Assembly (NCBI GenBank): GCA_963693365.1
Contig: CAVNZM010000005.1
Coordinates: forward strand, 5,029,167-5,093,166
Direction of reading: 5' to 3'
DNA length: 64,000 nt
Source: Amoebidium appalachense
Lineage: Eukaryota > Protista > Ichthyosporea
Positions 1 to 34,963 of the stretch are shown here, piece by piece (within the stretch, counting starts at the first letter, position 1; the number at the start of each line of letters is the position of its first letter). Below the pieces are notes generated by a model that was given only the letters and a program-made list of their open reading frames with translations, made no database searches and was not told the origin of the DNA. The position numbers were made by a program, and so were the translations under genes.

Positions 1-1333
1 CATACCCACCGTAAATATTATACACAACACCTAGGACTTCCCTTTCCCAATACTGTAGATCGACCAATGAGAGCCCTCGGTTAACGTTTATTGCTAGGTT
101 TTGAATGGAGGGGAGGACTGGAGCCTCCTGCCGGCGTGGCTGGGGTAGTAGCCCTGGGCAAAGTGTGTACTTATAGTTAGGTTGTGAAGGATGGTTTAGC
201 TTAGCTGAACTCATAGATAGCACCTTAACTAGTGTACTGTCGGTGCTGTGTGGTAGACGGTAGTTTCCCTAGAGGGCCTGAAAAGGCCCTCCAGGAACAA
301 AACGTGATAAAAAAAAAATATATATATATATATATATGTGATGCTGATATTGCATTAGTAAAACAAGGGTTATCTATTGGCATTCGTGCTGTTATGCCCC
401 CCCCCCCCCCCCCCTCGAGCTCTCCCTCCCTCCCTGAAACTTCGTCCCTCCCTCCCTCCCTGCTCAAAAAAAGAAGAAAGAGAAAAAAGAGAGAATCCGG
501 AAAAGGGGAAAAAAGAGAGAGAGAGAGAGAGAAAAGATCAGTACTGCATAGTGCTATATTTAAAGTCTAGATCTCGTATCGGATATTTCTACTTTTTTAA
601 GTTGTTTCCAAAAAAAAAAAAAAAAAAGTGTGATATCTAAGCTCGTCGCAATGCGCATGCTGCGATCATGCATGCACATTAATTTCTACATGGCCGTCCA
701 CATTCTCCCGCCGCGTGGCACCTTCTCCCCGAGGCTCTCAGCACGTGTGTGCACAGGCAGAGCTGACAGTATGACACCTTCAACACTATGTTTTAGAACA
801 AACTTTGGCCAGGCCTATAGTGGTGTGTGCAGCCTAATGAATTGGAATGGATAAGATTTCCGTTGTTGCAATTGGATTTTGATGCCTCCAGGTATGTATG
901 CACTGACCCGTGTAAAAATGCATTCAGAATCGAGATGCTAAAGGCGTGACCGTCTCGTCTACATCTCCTTTTCCCTTTCCGTCAGCTTTTCCACACACCC
1001 CGTCACATACGTGCACACACACACACCGTGACACACGTGTGTGGCACTGTACCACACGACACGTACCAGCACCGTGCTGACAGAAGTCGACGGACGTCCG
1101 GACTGAGCCTGGCCCGCCGGGGCGAGCCCCGCAAGGGCTTATCGGCGTCATCAAGTCGCCATGCCTAATCACTTTCTAATCCAATCAAACCGTGGAAACA
1201 GATTAAAAAGTGCTTAAATTGATTTAACTACTGTAATGAAGCAATCATATTTGTATTATAACATAACTAATTATACTCTATCGCCGCTCACCGTCTGACG
1301 ATGTACGCGACTCATCCTTCAGCCGAAACGCGC

Positions 1334-1347
1334 GGCTATAAATAGCC
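1334..1347 (+). promoter_or_regulatory. Candidate TATA box (GGCTATAAATAGCC) upstream of the orphan gene
   Basis: TATAAAT at 1337-1343 inside a palindrome. A donor-like GTGAGC follows at about 1374, which could open a 5'-UTR intron. Confidence 0.3.
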
Positions 1348-1899
1348 CACTGGGCCACTGTTATGCAAAACAAGTGAGCGTTCGAACTTCAGTCTGAAGT
1401 GGCAGCTCCTTTCATTACACATCGCATCAGTTCTGGCAGGCAACTTTGTGCAAAACCTCATATTCAATGATAGAGTTTGGGAGCTTAGAAAGCACATATT
1501 TTATTTTTTCTCGGTTCTAGTCATCTCTGTTCATTCTCAGTGCGTAACAATAGGATAGTTATGTACATTGTAGCCTGAGTTCACACTCACAAATTGGAGC
1601 TGCGTGTTTGTATTTCAAAGGGATACAGCAGATATTCTGTAAACCGTTTTTTCCCCCTGTCACCACAGCTTGGAAAAAACTGTGTTCTGAAGCGTAGATT
1701 TATGTTTTCTTTCTTTGTCACCTTCTTTTTTTTTTCGAAGTGATCTACCACCTACAACGCTCGACAGAGCTTCTGCTTCCAGAGCTTTCTACCAGCAAAT
1801 TTGGGTTACTCTGCAACAACCACACAACAACCTTTTAGAAGACAAAAAAAACAAAAACAAAAAACAAAACAATCTGTCTCGTTTGTGATATAGTTAAAA

Positions 1900-2797
1900 A
1901 TGACGGGCAGTCACATCAACACTGGCCACTGGGGGACTGAGCCCGGTGAGCATAGTCCAGAAGCACGCGAGCTCCGTCGAATGCTCAATCTCCGTTCTGA
2001 GAAGCAAACATCAGACGGTGACAAGGGAAGACAACCAGCGCCAAGTGGTGGAGGTAGTAGTAGTGGTCCAGGTGACCACGAAGATTCAGGAAAGGATGAG
2101 GGGTGGGATGAGTTGTGCATTGGGTTCTGGAGACAGAGTAAGGTTCGGAGGTTGAAGGGCTCTCCTGGCGAGTGCAAGGGAATCAGCATTTTAAGGGCAG
2201 AGGTATGTGCACTTTAACCCCCCCCCCCCCCCCCCCCCCCCCCTCCCACACACACACACACACCTATCTGGCCCTCCTCACAAGGGCTCTGCTTCTCTAG
2301 CACGCTCTCCGCGTGTTCCTTTTTGTTGCAGGCTTTGCCTTCTTACAGCACTGTTTTTTTCCCCCCTCCGTTTCTTCATTCTCCTTGCTCCAACCTCTCT
2401 GACCTGTTGCCCCGTTTATTCTCCCCTTCGAAGTGTCGTCACCACAACACACAATGCACGCGCACCCTCCCACACAAGCACGCTTGCGCACATTCACGCC
2501 ATGCTTCTCGTTACGGCATAACGATCCCCTCCCCCCCTCCCCTCCCCCCCCCCTCCCCTCCCCCCCCAACTCTCCCCCTGCCCTAAAAGCCCTGCCCTTA
2601 AAGGGGGGCAAAGAAAAAGAAAAATACCATGGGCACATCTTCCCTCCCGCCGCCCACCCACTACCCCAACCACCCACCCACATGCACACGCACCCACCCA
2701 CACAACACCACCATTACCCAGGAAAAGCAAAAAAAGAAATATGGCGTGGGTGTGGTGTGTAACAAGAGGGGGGGAAGGAGAGGGGGGGGGAGGGAGG

Positions 2798-2848
<51 letters not shown>

Positions 2849-3594
2849 GGTACAGGGCTTATCCCTCGGCCTCTTTGTCTTCGTTCACCTGCGGGCCTTC
2901 TCGACTTATCTTGACCATTCGTTGTTGCCACATCAGTGTCTTATTTGTTTTTTGCCGATAGAGGTTGCATAGTACAGGGGTGCAGTTTAACCATTTTGTG
3001 TTGCAGGGGGAAACAACAAGAGCATGGACGCTGAATTTATGAAAGGGTTCACACACAGTGTTGCATCTTTAATATTCACTGTATGGACATGATCTTAGGA
3101 ACCTTAAAACATATTACGCCGGACAGGTTTATGTCAACTTCATTTTCATTTTTTTTCACTTTGGATAGCCAATTTGCTCTTCTACAGTGCGGCACGTATG
3201 ACCGACCAAATATTAGATATGTCAATGAGAGTGTTGTTACCAATTGACCACCCAAGTGTGGACACTCTGAAGCGCCTTTCTGTATTGCCAAATAGTGTGT
3301 GATGTTCTCGTTTATATATATATATATATTTATATAACGACATAACACTGAATATTTTGCTACACTGCTCGGCGTGAAAGTTTGGCGAGGGCTCAAAAGT
3401 GTTCTACCCCAAAGATGGGTAGAGGTGCGAGATTTCTTTATGATCAATCGGTGCTTCCCCGGACAAGTATTTGATGCCATCCTCGTGTACCATGTCCTTC
3501 CATATGCTCCACATGGATCTAAATATTGTGGCTTTTCACAAACATCGTGCAATATCCTAACCACCCATTTTTTGCCTTTTCCTTACTTGTTGCG

Positions 3595-3628
<34 letters not shown>

Positions 3629-3954
3629 CACACCCACCCCTTCCCTTCTCTCATTTTCTTCTTTTTCTTTCCTTTTTTTCCTTTTGTTTTTCCCCATCAG
3701 TCGGAGGTTGAGCTACAGAAGATGAAGAAGTCACATGCCACGGGCATACGCATAGTCATCATCACGGCAAAAGAAGGTGGGTGATGGGTCATTCCCCCTT
3801 GCCTAAACAAAGTTTCTTAAATATGAAATCTTCGTTTTTGGTGGGACGGATAGTCGTGGAGTTGATGCGCTGGGCGTGTGATTGCAATGTGCATTCTTCG
3901 GTACTGTGAGGTTGTATGTGCCGGTGTGTGCTTGTGTGCATGCGTGTGTGTTCC

Positions 3955-3986
<32 letters not shown>

Positions 3987-4383
3987 TGTGTGTGTGCGTG
4001 CGTGCGTGCATGTGTGCATGCTTGCATGCGTGCATGTGCGCACACGGTTGTGTGCGTTTGTGTGTGCGCGGTTGTGCCCGTGTTTATGTGCGTGCAGGTT
4101 GTAACGTTTTTTTTTGCAAAGTACCTTAACACTCTCTTCTCTATTCTCGTCCTGTGGTCTCTCAAGTCTGCCACATCCATGCACACACCATACCTCCATC
4201 CGCAGACATGCACGCACACAAAAACGCACACCACTTGCACGTGTGTGGGTGAGCAGCACACTAAGGGCAGCCTGCAAGCATGCACGTGCGCATGCACACA
4301 CGCACCGTGCGCACGCAGACACGCCCACACACACAAGGAAAAAGAGCACAAACACGTGGGCGCGCACAAACACACTCACACAC

Positions 4384-4424
<41 letters not shown>

Positions 4425-4603
4425 GGCACATGCACAAGCACGCAGCCACATGGGCACCGCAAGCACACATCCACGACACACACACACGTTTGTTTGTTTG
4501 TTTTTTTTTTTTTTTTTTTTTTTTATTATTATTTTTTTTTTTTTGGTCTCCACATTGTCCCTCTTTCTTTCCTGTGCATTAGGGCTTGTCGCTTTTCTCC
4601 CTG

Positions 4604-4637
<34 letters not shown>

Positions 4638-4812
4638 ATACGCGGGCTAAGGGGTCGAAACTCAGACGCAATTGATGACTTGGGCCCTCCCTTAGGATGG
4701 GCTCTGCTTATGACGCATACTGTGCGTATGGCTGATGTTGCATACTTGAATGTTTGCCTTTGCATGTGTCCTTCGTGTATGCATACTTCGTACCGTGTTC
4801 CGCATTCAAACC

Positions 4813-4845
<33 letters not shown>

Positions 4846-6557
4846 CATACTGTGCGCATGGCTGATGTTGCATACTTGAATGTTTGCCTTTGCATTTGTC
4901 CTGCACCATGCTTCTCATCGTGTATGCGTACTTCGTACCGTGTTCCGCATTCAAACCACCCCCCCCCCCCCCCCCGGCGTTCTTCCTTCTTCCTCCTCAC
5001 GTTCTCGCCTGATCCTCCCCTCCTCCACTTCCCGGGGTTCCCTGTCTTCCTTTTGCACTTTCTCTATCGAACTATGTACCCCCTGATCAGTCCCCCCCCC
5101 CCCCCAAAAAAAAAAAAAAAAAAAAAAAAAAAGGAAAATCTCTGGGTACTTACAACGCAGACACAAATTTTGTGTCCACTACTGACATGCATGCCGGGCT
5201 GCTATGCTTTCAGATTTGGTAGCCCACCCCTTTTTTGGCTTCATTGTATGTTCGTCGTGAGTGTGTCCTTCGTAGTTTGCTACTCATTTTGTAACACACT
5301 CAGAGCACTCCGTATTCCCCCTCAAGCACTCCGTGGTTCTCGGTTCGCCGCCACCCCCCCTTCCCCCCTCTTATTGCCTTCTCCTCCTCCGTTCCTTTTA
5401 TCGCTCAGAACCCGCTGCTCTTGTTCCCGTTGTTCTCGTTTTTTTTTTCTTTTCTTCTTTTTTTGCCCCCTCTTGGCTCACCCCCCCCCCCCCCCCCCCC
5501 CCCCCTTTTTTTTTTTTTTTTGCCCATGCAGAAGCCCAGCAAGCACAAAAGCAACAGGGTCTAGTTGCCCACCAGCAACAGCAGCAGCACCAGACGCAGA
5601 CAGCAACACAGGCACCACACCATCCTGCAAATGTGTACGTATGGTCGTATGTGTGCCGAGGGAGAGAGGGAGGGGGGAGGGGGGAGGGGAAGGAGAAGGG
5701 TCCAACCACATCAGCTGAGTCAACTTGCTCCGAGCAGAATTATTCTACAAAAAGTAGAATCATTCTGCGAAAAGCAGAATTATTCTGCAAAAGCAGAATC
5801 AATCTGCTAAAAGTAGAATTATTCTGCAAAAGCAGCAGAATCATTCTGCAAACAGCAGATTCAATCGGCTAAAAGCAGAATCAATCTGCTAAAAGCAGAA
5901 TTATTCTGCTAAAAGCAATATTATTCTGCTGTCGAAAGCAGAATGATTCAGCTTTTGGCGGAATAATTCTGCTAAAAGCAGAATAATTCTGCTTTTTGCA
6001 GAATAATTCCGCATTTTCCAAGTTGACTCTGCCGATGTGGTTGGGCCCTGGGAGAGAGGGAGAGAGGGAGAGGGAGTGAGAGAGAGAGTGTGTGTCTGTG
6101 TGCGTGTGCGTGTGCATGCATGCGTGCGCGCGCGCGCACGTGTGTGTGTGCATGCCTGTGCATGCCTGTGCATGCCTGTGTTTTTTTTTTTTTGTGTGTG
6201 TGTATGGGTGTGTGTGTGTGTATGCCTCTTGTGTTTGTGTGTGTGTCCGCCCTGTCTGTGTGTGGGTGTGTTTTGGGAGGGGTTTTATGTATGCGTACAG
6301 GTTTTTTTCTCGTTTCCTTGGTTCGAGTGTTTTCTGATCTTTTCTTCCGCAGACCGGCTGTGCCTGGTCCACGAGTGACACTTGGTGAGATTTTGTTTGT
6401 GCGCTTGCAGCAGGGCGTATCTGCTGCCGTGGCACTGGCTACAGACCCCGAATACAAGAAGAGTGAGTGCTGGTATCTGAACACACACTCGTGCGCACAC
6501 TCGCACATGCACACACGCGCGCGCACACACACAATCACATAGGCATACACACACACG

Positions 6558-6596
<39 letters not shown>

Positions 6597-7174
6597 GCAC
6601 ACACGTAGGCTCTTGTGCTCCACTCACCTGCACCTACACTGCATGGGTACGTGTGTGGGCACACGTGCACACAAGAAAGTCTCCGAGGTTCTGGTTTTTA
6701 GGTCCTGTGGTGCACATCTGGACACACAGGCAATGTCTGCACGTGCACTGTGCCTGTGCTTGGAGCACGTACAAACACATCCATGCGCCCGTGCATGTAT
6801 GCACAACACGGACACACACACGTGCAAGCACCACACAGGCATATGCTGGGCAGAGGGGAAATGTGGATTGCCATACTTAATGCACGTGCGGCACATGCAG
6901 CACATATGTACGTCCGGCACCGCACGTACATGCACACAAAATCCCTCTCATGCGCACATGTGCTTCTACGCACGAGCACGTGCACCCACAGAAACACGAG
7001 CACACACATCGTTGCACACACACACACACATATGCACGCGCGCGCACACACACGCACACATGCAGACACACACACACCCTTAATTCCTCCCTTCCTCTCA
7101 CACTCGCAGTGAATCACATGCACACACCTGCACAACCTTCAACAAGCATACATAACGCGCGCGCGCACACACAC

Positions 7175-7226
<52 letters not shown>

Positions 7227-7464
7227 ACACACACACATTCCTACCTTTGAGACTTTAACCAGTTTCCCTTTACTCACAGGTGTACAAGAAAACCTCTACA
7301 AGCAAGCAGAGAAACAGGTTGACCTTGCAAAACGAGTAGCAGACAAGATCGTATCGGGAGATGTGATCCGGAAAACCGCCACAACCGCCCAACGCACGCT
7401 CAGTACGCAAGCTGCGCACGCCGCAGCGTGGTTTAGGAATTTTGGAAATCCAAAGGATGTGTGA
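1900..7464 (+). CDS. Hypothetical protein, about 258 aa, 5 exons, with low-complexity/Gln-rich middle and helical C-terminus
   Basis: Exons 1900-2202, 3701-3776, 5532-5634, 6353-6462, 7280-7464. All are GT-AG, phases match (0,1,2,1), total 777 nt open to TGA. No family recognised, and extra small exons cannot be excluded. Confidence 0.65.
4699..4957 (+). repeat. Dispersed ~115-130-bp intronic repeat (GGGCTCTGC...GCATTCAAACC), here tandemly duplicated
   Basis: Units 4699-4812 and 4845-4957 are separated by poly-C. Further copies at 55241-55372 (minus) and 10733-10833 (degenerate). Confidence 0.85.
5696..6050. mobile_element. Foldback/MITE-like element, possibly hAT-type, in intron 3 of the orphan gene
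   Basis: About 31-bp TIRs: AGGGTCCAACCACATCAGCTGAGTCAACTTG and the reverse complement of the right end AGGGCCCAACCACATCGGCAGAGTCAACTTG (3 mismatches). The interior is an array of about 20-bp units such as AAAAGCAGAATTATTCTGC. Only an imperfect 8-bp TSD. Confidence 0.8.
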
Positions 7465-7735
7465 TGGAGCGTGAGCGGGGATTCGGTGATTTGTTGTTGA
7501 ATGAGGAGGTAGAGAAAAGGAGAGGGTGAGATATTGGTGGATAGGTGGTGTCGTATTGTATAGGGCGGGTAGGGTGCATTCTATCTGTTTTTATTTTTTT
7601 TTAGTTTCATTTTTTATTTTGTTTTGTTTTATTTTTTATTTTATATTATTTTTTGGGGGGGTTTGATTTTGTTTGTGTGTGTGTGCTGCTGTGTTAGTGT
7701 CGGTGTGTGGTGTAGGCGCGCGCGCACGCGCGCGC

Positions 7736-7792
<57 letters not shown>

Positions 7793-9257
7793 CGCGGGGT
7801 GCATGTTTGAGCATGGGCATGTCGATTTTTTGGACGCGGATGTGTGCACTTTTTTCCTTGCCAGAGCACATGTTGAGTTGTGACGCGCAGATTATTTCTT
7901 CGATTTTTGCCTAAAAATAATGCCGCAATGCGATTCCTTGCTTGTGTTCTCCCCTTCAAGTTTGTTTCGTGTTTGTTCCCCATTACACTTGCTAGTACAC
8001 TTCTCATGCCTACATTTCTTTTTTTTAGGGTACACTCCCTTCATTTAGTTGTTAGTATGCAAGTAGAGCCTTTTGTATACGCGCGTTCATTCGCTTTGCT
8101 CGATGCAAGGCGACTGACTTTTGTTCATGGTTCAAGTCTTTGTTTTTCTCCCCTCTTGTGTGATAAATGTAATCGTCTTCTCTTCTGTGCTGGGGGCTTG
8201 GTTTTGTAAAACTGTGGTAATTATGCATGTTCATATCGGCAATTGTGCAATATATTGCCTAGTAGGTTTCTGAGTATCCACCCGAAAGGATATGTGAATG
8301 GTCTTTCGGTATATGCGACATAGGGTAGAGTGTGGGAACTATTAGGCGGTCGCATAATTTATGACGTTCATGCACATAGATTAGAGCGTCTTTTGTGGGT
8401 TTTTTTTTTTTAAGGGGAAACGTCGAACAATACGGCAATGTTGTAAACAAGCTTTCAGTGAATAATAAAATGGACCATGGAAAAGGTCCCATGGCCACGG
8501 TCTGCCCGGAATCCGGACGGACCGCACCCTCCCTCCTCCCCCCCCCCCCCCCCCCCCCCCCCCCCCTTTGCACACCCCCACACGCGTACGTGCACGCACA
8601 TGCACGCACACACAACACACTTGCACACACACAAACAGGTGGCCGTGCACGTGAATATACCAAAATTATGGGCCTGAGGCTGGGTACACAGCTGCAGGAT
8701 CCGGAGTGTGCATAGCACGGCCGTCTCGAAAATTCTATTTATAGCTTTCTATTTTTAGTAACACTCTTACATTTTGGTAGCATCAATATCCCCTGCGCAG
8801 TTTTTCAGAGGGCCGTGCTGTAGGCGCCCAGAGTGCCATGTGATTGCGCAAGCACCCCCTTCATCTGAATGGCTATTCGCGCACCACTCAAAGTGAGCCG
8901 ACATCACAAGTTGCACGTGCACATGCACAACAGCGCAACAACTCGTTTTGTGCAGTCTGTGTTCACCAACAGTAGATCACGAGCTGTGAGCTTAGCTATA
9001 GTTCAGAGGGTTGTGTGTAGGTGTACCTTGGGTACCTCAGTTGCTTGTGGTTTTTCAGTGTGTTATAATATTAAGCAAAAAATCTGAGACGTGCTGAGAC
9101 CGGTTTCACAGACTACCACAACGAGTCGGTGGTAAACAGCGCATTTGTACCGCCATATACAGAGTCACCCTCAAAAATTTAAATATTCGTATAAAAACGG
9201 AATATAAGGGCAAAGTTAGAACAGATTGTCTAACTGTAGCTAAGGGTGGGAATCATC

Positions 9258-23404
<14,147 letters not shown>

Positions 23405-23673
23405 GGGGGGAAAAAACATGTTTTTTCCCGACTCCTTTTATGCATTGGTGTCCTTTTTCGGTGTATGGTTGTTGTTCTTCGCCGACGGTCTACATTATCT
23501 TTTGTTTGTTTGTTTGTTTGTTTGTTTATTTCGATGCCAATGTGTAAAAAAGACAATCAGAATACGATTGTAGATGCAATGAATGTGACATGGTTGTCAA
23601 TATTCTAAACAGACTTGAGTATGTATTTTGTGGCGATGTTTCTAAGGTGCCCGCAAGTGTGTGGGTGTGTGTA

Positions 23674-23706
<33 letters not shown>

Positions 23707-24480
23707 TGGGCTGGGTGATGTAATGCTGTGAGTGGTGTTGAGGTATTTGATTATCGAAGCTTGCATATTTGATCTTATCTCTGCATAGCTATAACCTATG
23801 TGGATGCGAACCATGGTGCTTTTATTGCTTATTTATATGTGAACTGTGTGCAAGGGGCTGGACGTCCTCTGAGAAACATTTCTGGAATTTGAAAGTAGTT
23901 AACTGCATTGGATCCGGATAGCGGATACATTGCTTTGTGCGGGCACGAGAATGTATTCCTATATGAGACATCGATGGCACATTGAAATGCAAAAAAATTG
24001 CAGGAAAATTGTAGCCCTTGAAAATGAAAACAAACGAACGAAACAGGGTGGAGGCGGCGGGGCTCAAGGAGAGGGGGAGGGGGGGAGGGGGAGGGGGGGG
24101 GAGGGGGGGGACACTGATGTTCTAGTAGGCGTAGAAATTTAACACAGGCCTTGGGAAAGGCCAGGTGAGGGGTGGGGTGGGTGGGATGTGCAGGGCGGCG
24201 CTAGCCCTTCAGATTACTTGTGGCTCATGGATTAAAGGTTATGTACGCCCATGGTATGGTGGGCTAATACTAAGTTAAAGCAATTGCAAGGGGGATGTCA
24301 TGATAATCATGATCATGATAAGGCTGCGCAGGGCCCGAGCCCAGACTTGCAATTCATATAATTGGGTTTATGTGATGTCTCACTAATTGCATTAACCACT
24401 GCACTCTTCAGTGCCGCGGCAAGAGACTCGGATTTTATTAATGATTCGTGAGTCGTGAAAGTAGTAACTGTAGTGCTGCC

Positions 24481-24985
24481 GTATTTAAACACCTCGTTCT
24501 CCCATTATATCCGTATTTAACCACTTCGATTCACTTATATATATCTCGCTCTCCCATTATATATATCCGTATTTAACCACTTCAATTCACCCCCATTATA
24601 GATATCCGTATTTGACCACTTCAATTCACTTATCTTGCTCTCCCATTATATCCCTATTTAACCAGTTCAATTCACTTATTTCACTCTCCCATTATATATA
24701 TCCCTATTTAACCACTTCAATTCACATATCTCGCTCTCCCATTATATCCCTCTTTAACCACATCAATTCAATTATCTCACTCTCCCATTATATCATCAGC
24801 TATTTAACCACTTCAATTCACTTATCTCACTCTTCCATTATATCCCTATTTAACCACTTCAATTCACTTATCTTGCTCTCCCATTATATCCCTATTTAAC
24901 CGCTTCAATTCACTTATCTCACTCTCCCATTATAATGTCCCTATTTTATTCAATTCTCTTATCTCTCTCACTCTCCCATTATATA
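24481..24985. repeat. Minisatellite with ~45-bp unit (CTCCCATTATATCCCTATTTAACCACTTCAATTCACTTATCTCACT), about 10 copies
   Basis: Degenerate tandem repeats directly visible between the convergent WDR46 and SDR genes. Confidence 0.9.
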
Positions 24986-25718
24986 TAGCGCACGGCCGGT
25001 ACCCCGATCATATGAAGACCTAAAGACCCCGTGCCAGACAGCTGCGCGTGGGCAGCAATTGCATGTTGGTCTGAGGTCGAGCATTTCCCCCCTTTTTTGC
25101 AGGGGGAGGGGGGGCCGGGGTGGGATGAGGGGATATAGTCTCATCGGCATGCATATGGCTGCACGCGGGTTGATCAAACAGAAATGCCCGAAGGCATACA
25201 TGATGCTCTAGCCTTAGTGTAGGACCAGACAAGAAAGGTACTTAGAATATGCAAAATTTAGTGCAATATGACCCAGATTCTAGGCCCAACCTTTTGGCCC
25301 AGTTGGGTGTGAAACAAAATCCATGGAAAATCTACAGCGCAAAGGATGGGCAGGTACATATATCCGCTTTGCACAGCAAGATATGGGCAGCCTGAAACAG
25401 TGTGTGCATATGTACATGCCCATTGACTACTCAGCACAAAACGTAAGTACAGGAGGATACATGGGGCATTTTATCGATATTCCTACTTTTTGTTTGTTTT
25501 ATGAAACAGAAATGTGGTTGCAATATCCTGGAAATTTACGACATCATCACATATAGGCGGTTAGAAGCAACGACATCCAAAAAAAAAGCTTCAATCGGGA
25601 AAGATCGATAACACCAATACCAGCTAAATACAAGTTAACTCAACACGACCCCCCTATTGTCTCCATAAAAAAACAGTAATATCAGCCAATAAGCAAGGAT
25701 GCCCTTACAACCCACCAA

Positions 25719-34114
<8,396 letters not shown>

Positions 34115-34609
34115 GTTCAAAAAGGATGACTTACTGGCCCGACAGGTGATGGATCAGGAAAAAAAATGAATCAGACAAGGAATCCCTTTGTAGAAATTTG
34201 AAAGGGTGTAAGATAAACCCAGTTTTCGAATTTGAAGTAACCGTTTTTCCACCAGGCAGCCAGGTCAAAGTTAACGTGGGGATGGGAAACCTCCTAGTCA
34301 CAAAGCTAACTCCCCAACTCCGAGTCCCCAAAGTGCTGCCTGTCGGACAGACCGAGCCACCAGCAAACGGCCCCCTAATTAGCCAGCTCGGTGAAAATAT
34401 CTATCCAGGGCCCCACGCAATGTGACCGTCCTCCCAGTTCACAAAGTCACAAATCACAATGCGAGTCACACTTAAAAAGACTCAAGGAGGGAAAATACAA
34501 AGCCCTGTAGCTGAGAAGTGTTTTAACGACTATGTCGGCATTTCTCGATCGTGATGTAATATTTTTACCATGTCCGGACTTTCCTAAAACGAACATTACA
34601 TATATGAAA

Positions 34610-34802
34610 GGGGGTTTACGCTGTTTACTCGAGGCAAAGAGAACCAGTCTCAGGTATGGGGGGGGTTTTGCTCGGAATATCCCCTCAGCGGTATATCATG
34701 ATCACGTACATAGATGTCGGGTGGTGACTATATATCAGGGTTTACTTTCTCTACGAGACACCATAAAGACTACAAGGAGAAATCAATTAGTTGGGGTTCC
34801 CC

Positions 34803-34803
<1 letters not shown>
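34610..34803 (+). repeat. Dispersed ~195-bp repeat, copy A (GGGGG start, followed by long T-run); candidate structured RNA
   Basis: Colinear with 41625-41815. Shared blocks include TACGCTGTTT, CTCGAGGCA, ACCAGTCTCAGGTAT, GTACATAGATGTCGGG and CAATTAGTTG. Confidence 0.85.
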
Positions 34804-34841
<38 letters not shown>

Positions 34842-34902
34842 TTTTAATTTTAATTTTAATTTTTTTAAAGGGGCTTCCCTCGGGACACTCGGTATCAGCT
34901 GG

Positions 34903-34963
<61 letters not shown>

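Noticed and set aside
1295-1335. Hammerhead-like core CTGACGA...CGAAAC
   Set aside because: No convincing stem II and no GUH cleavage triplet closing stem III.
4650-4700. Possible extra exon with a non-canonical GA donor in the orphan gene
   Set aside because: The flanking exons already join in phase through canonical sites, and the segment borders a dispersed repeat.
8640-9250. CACGTG E-boxes upstream of WDR46 as Myc/Max ribosome-biogenesis sites
   Set aside because: CACGTG arises very often here at CA/GT repeat junctions, so enrichment cannot be claimed by eye.
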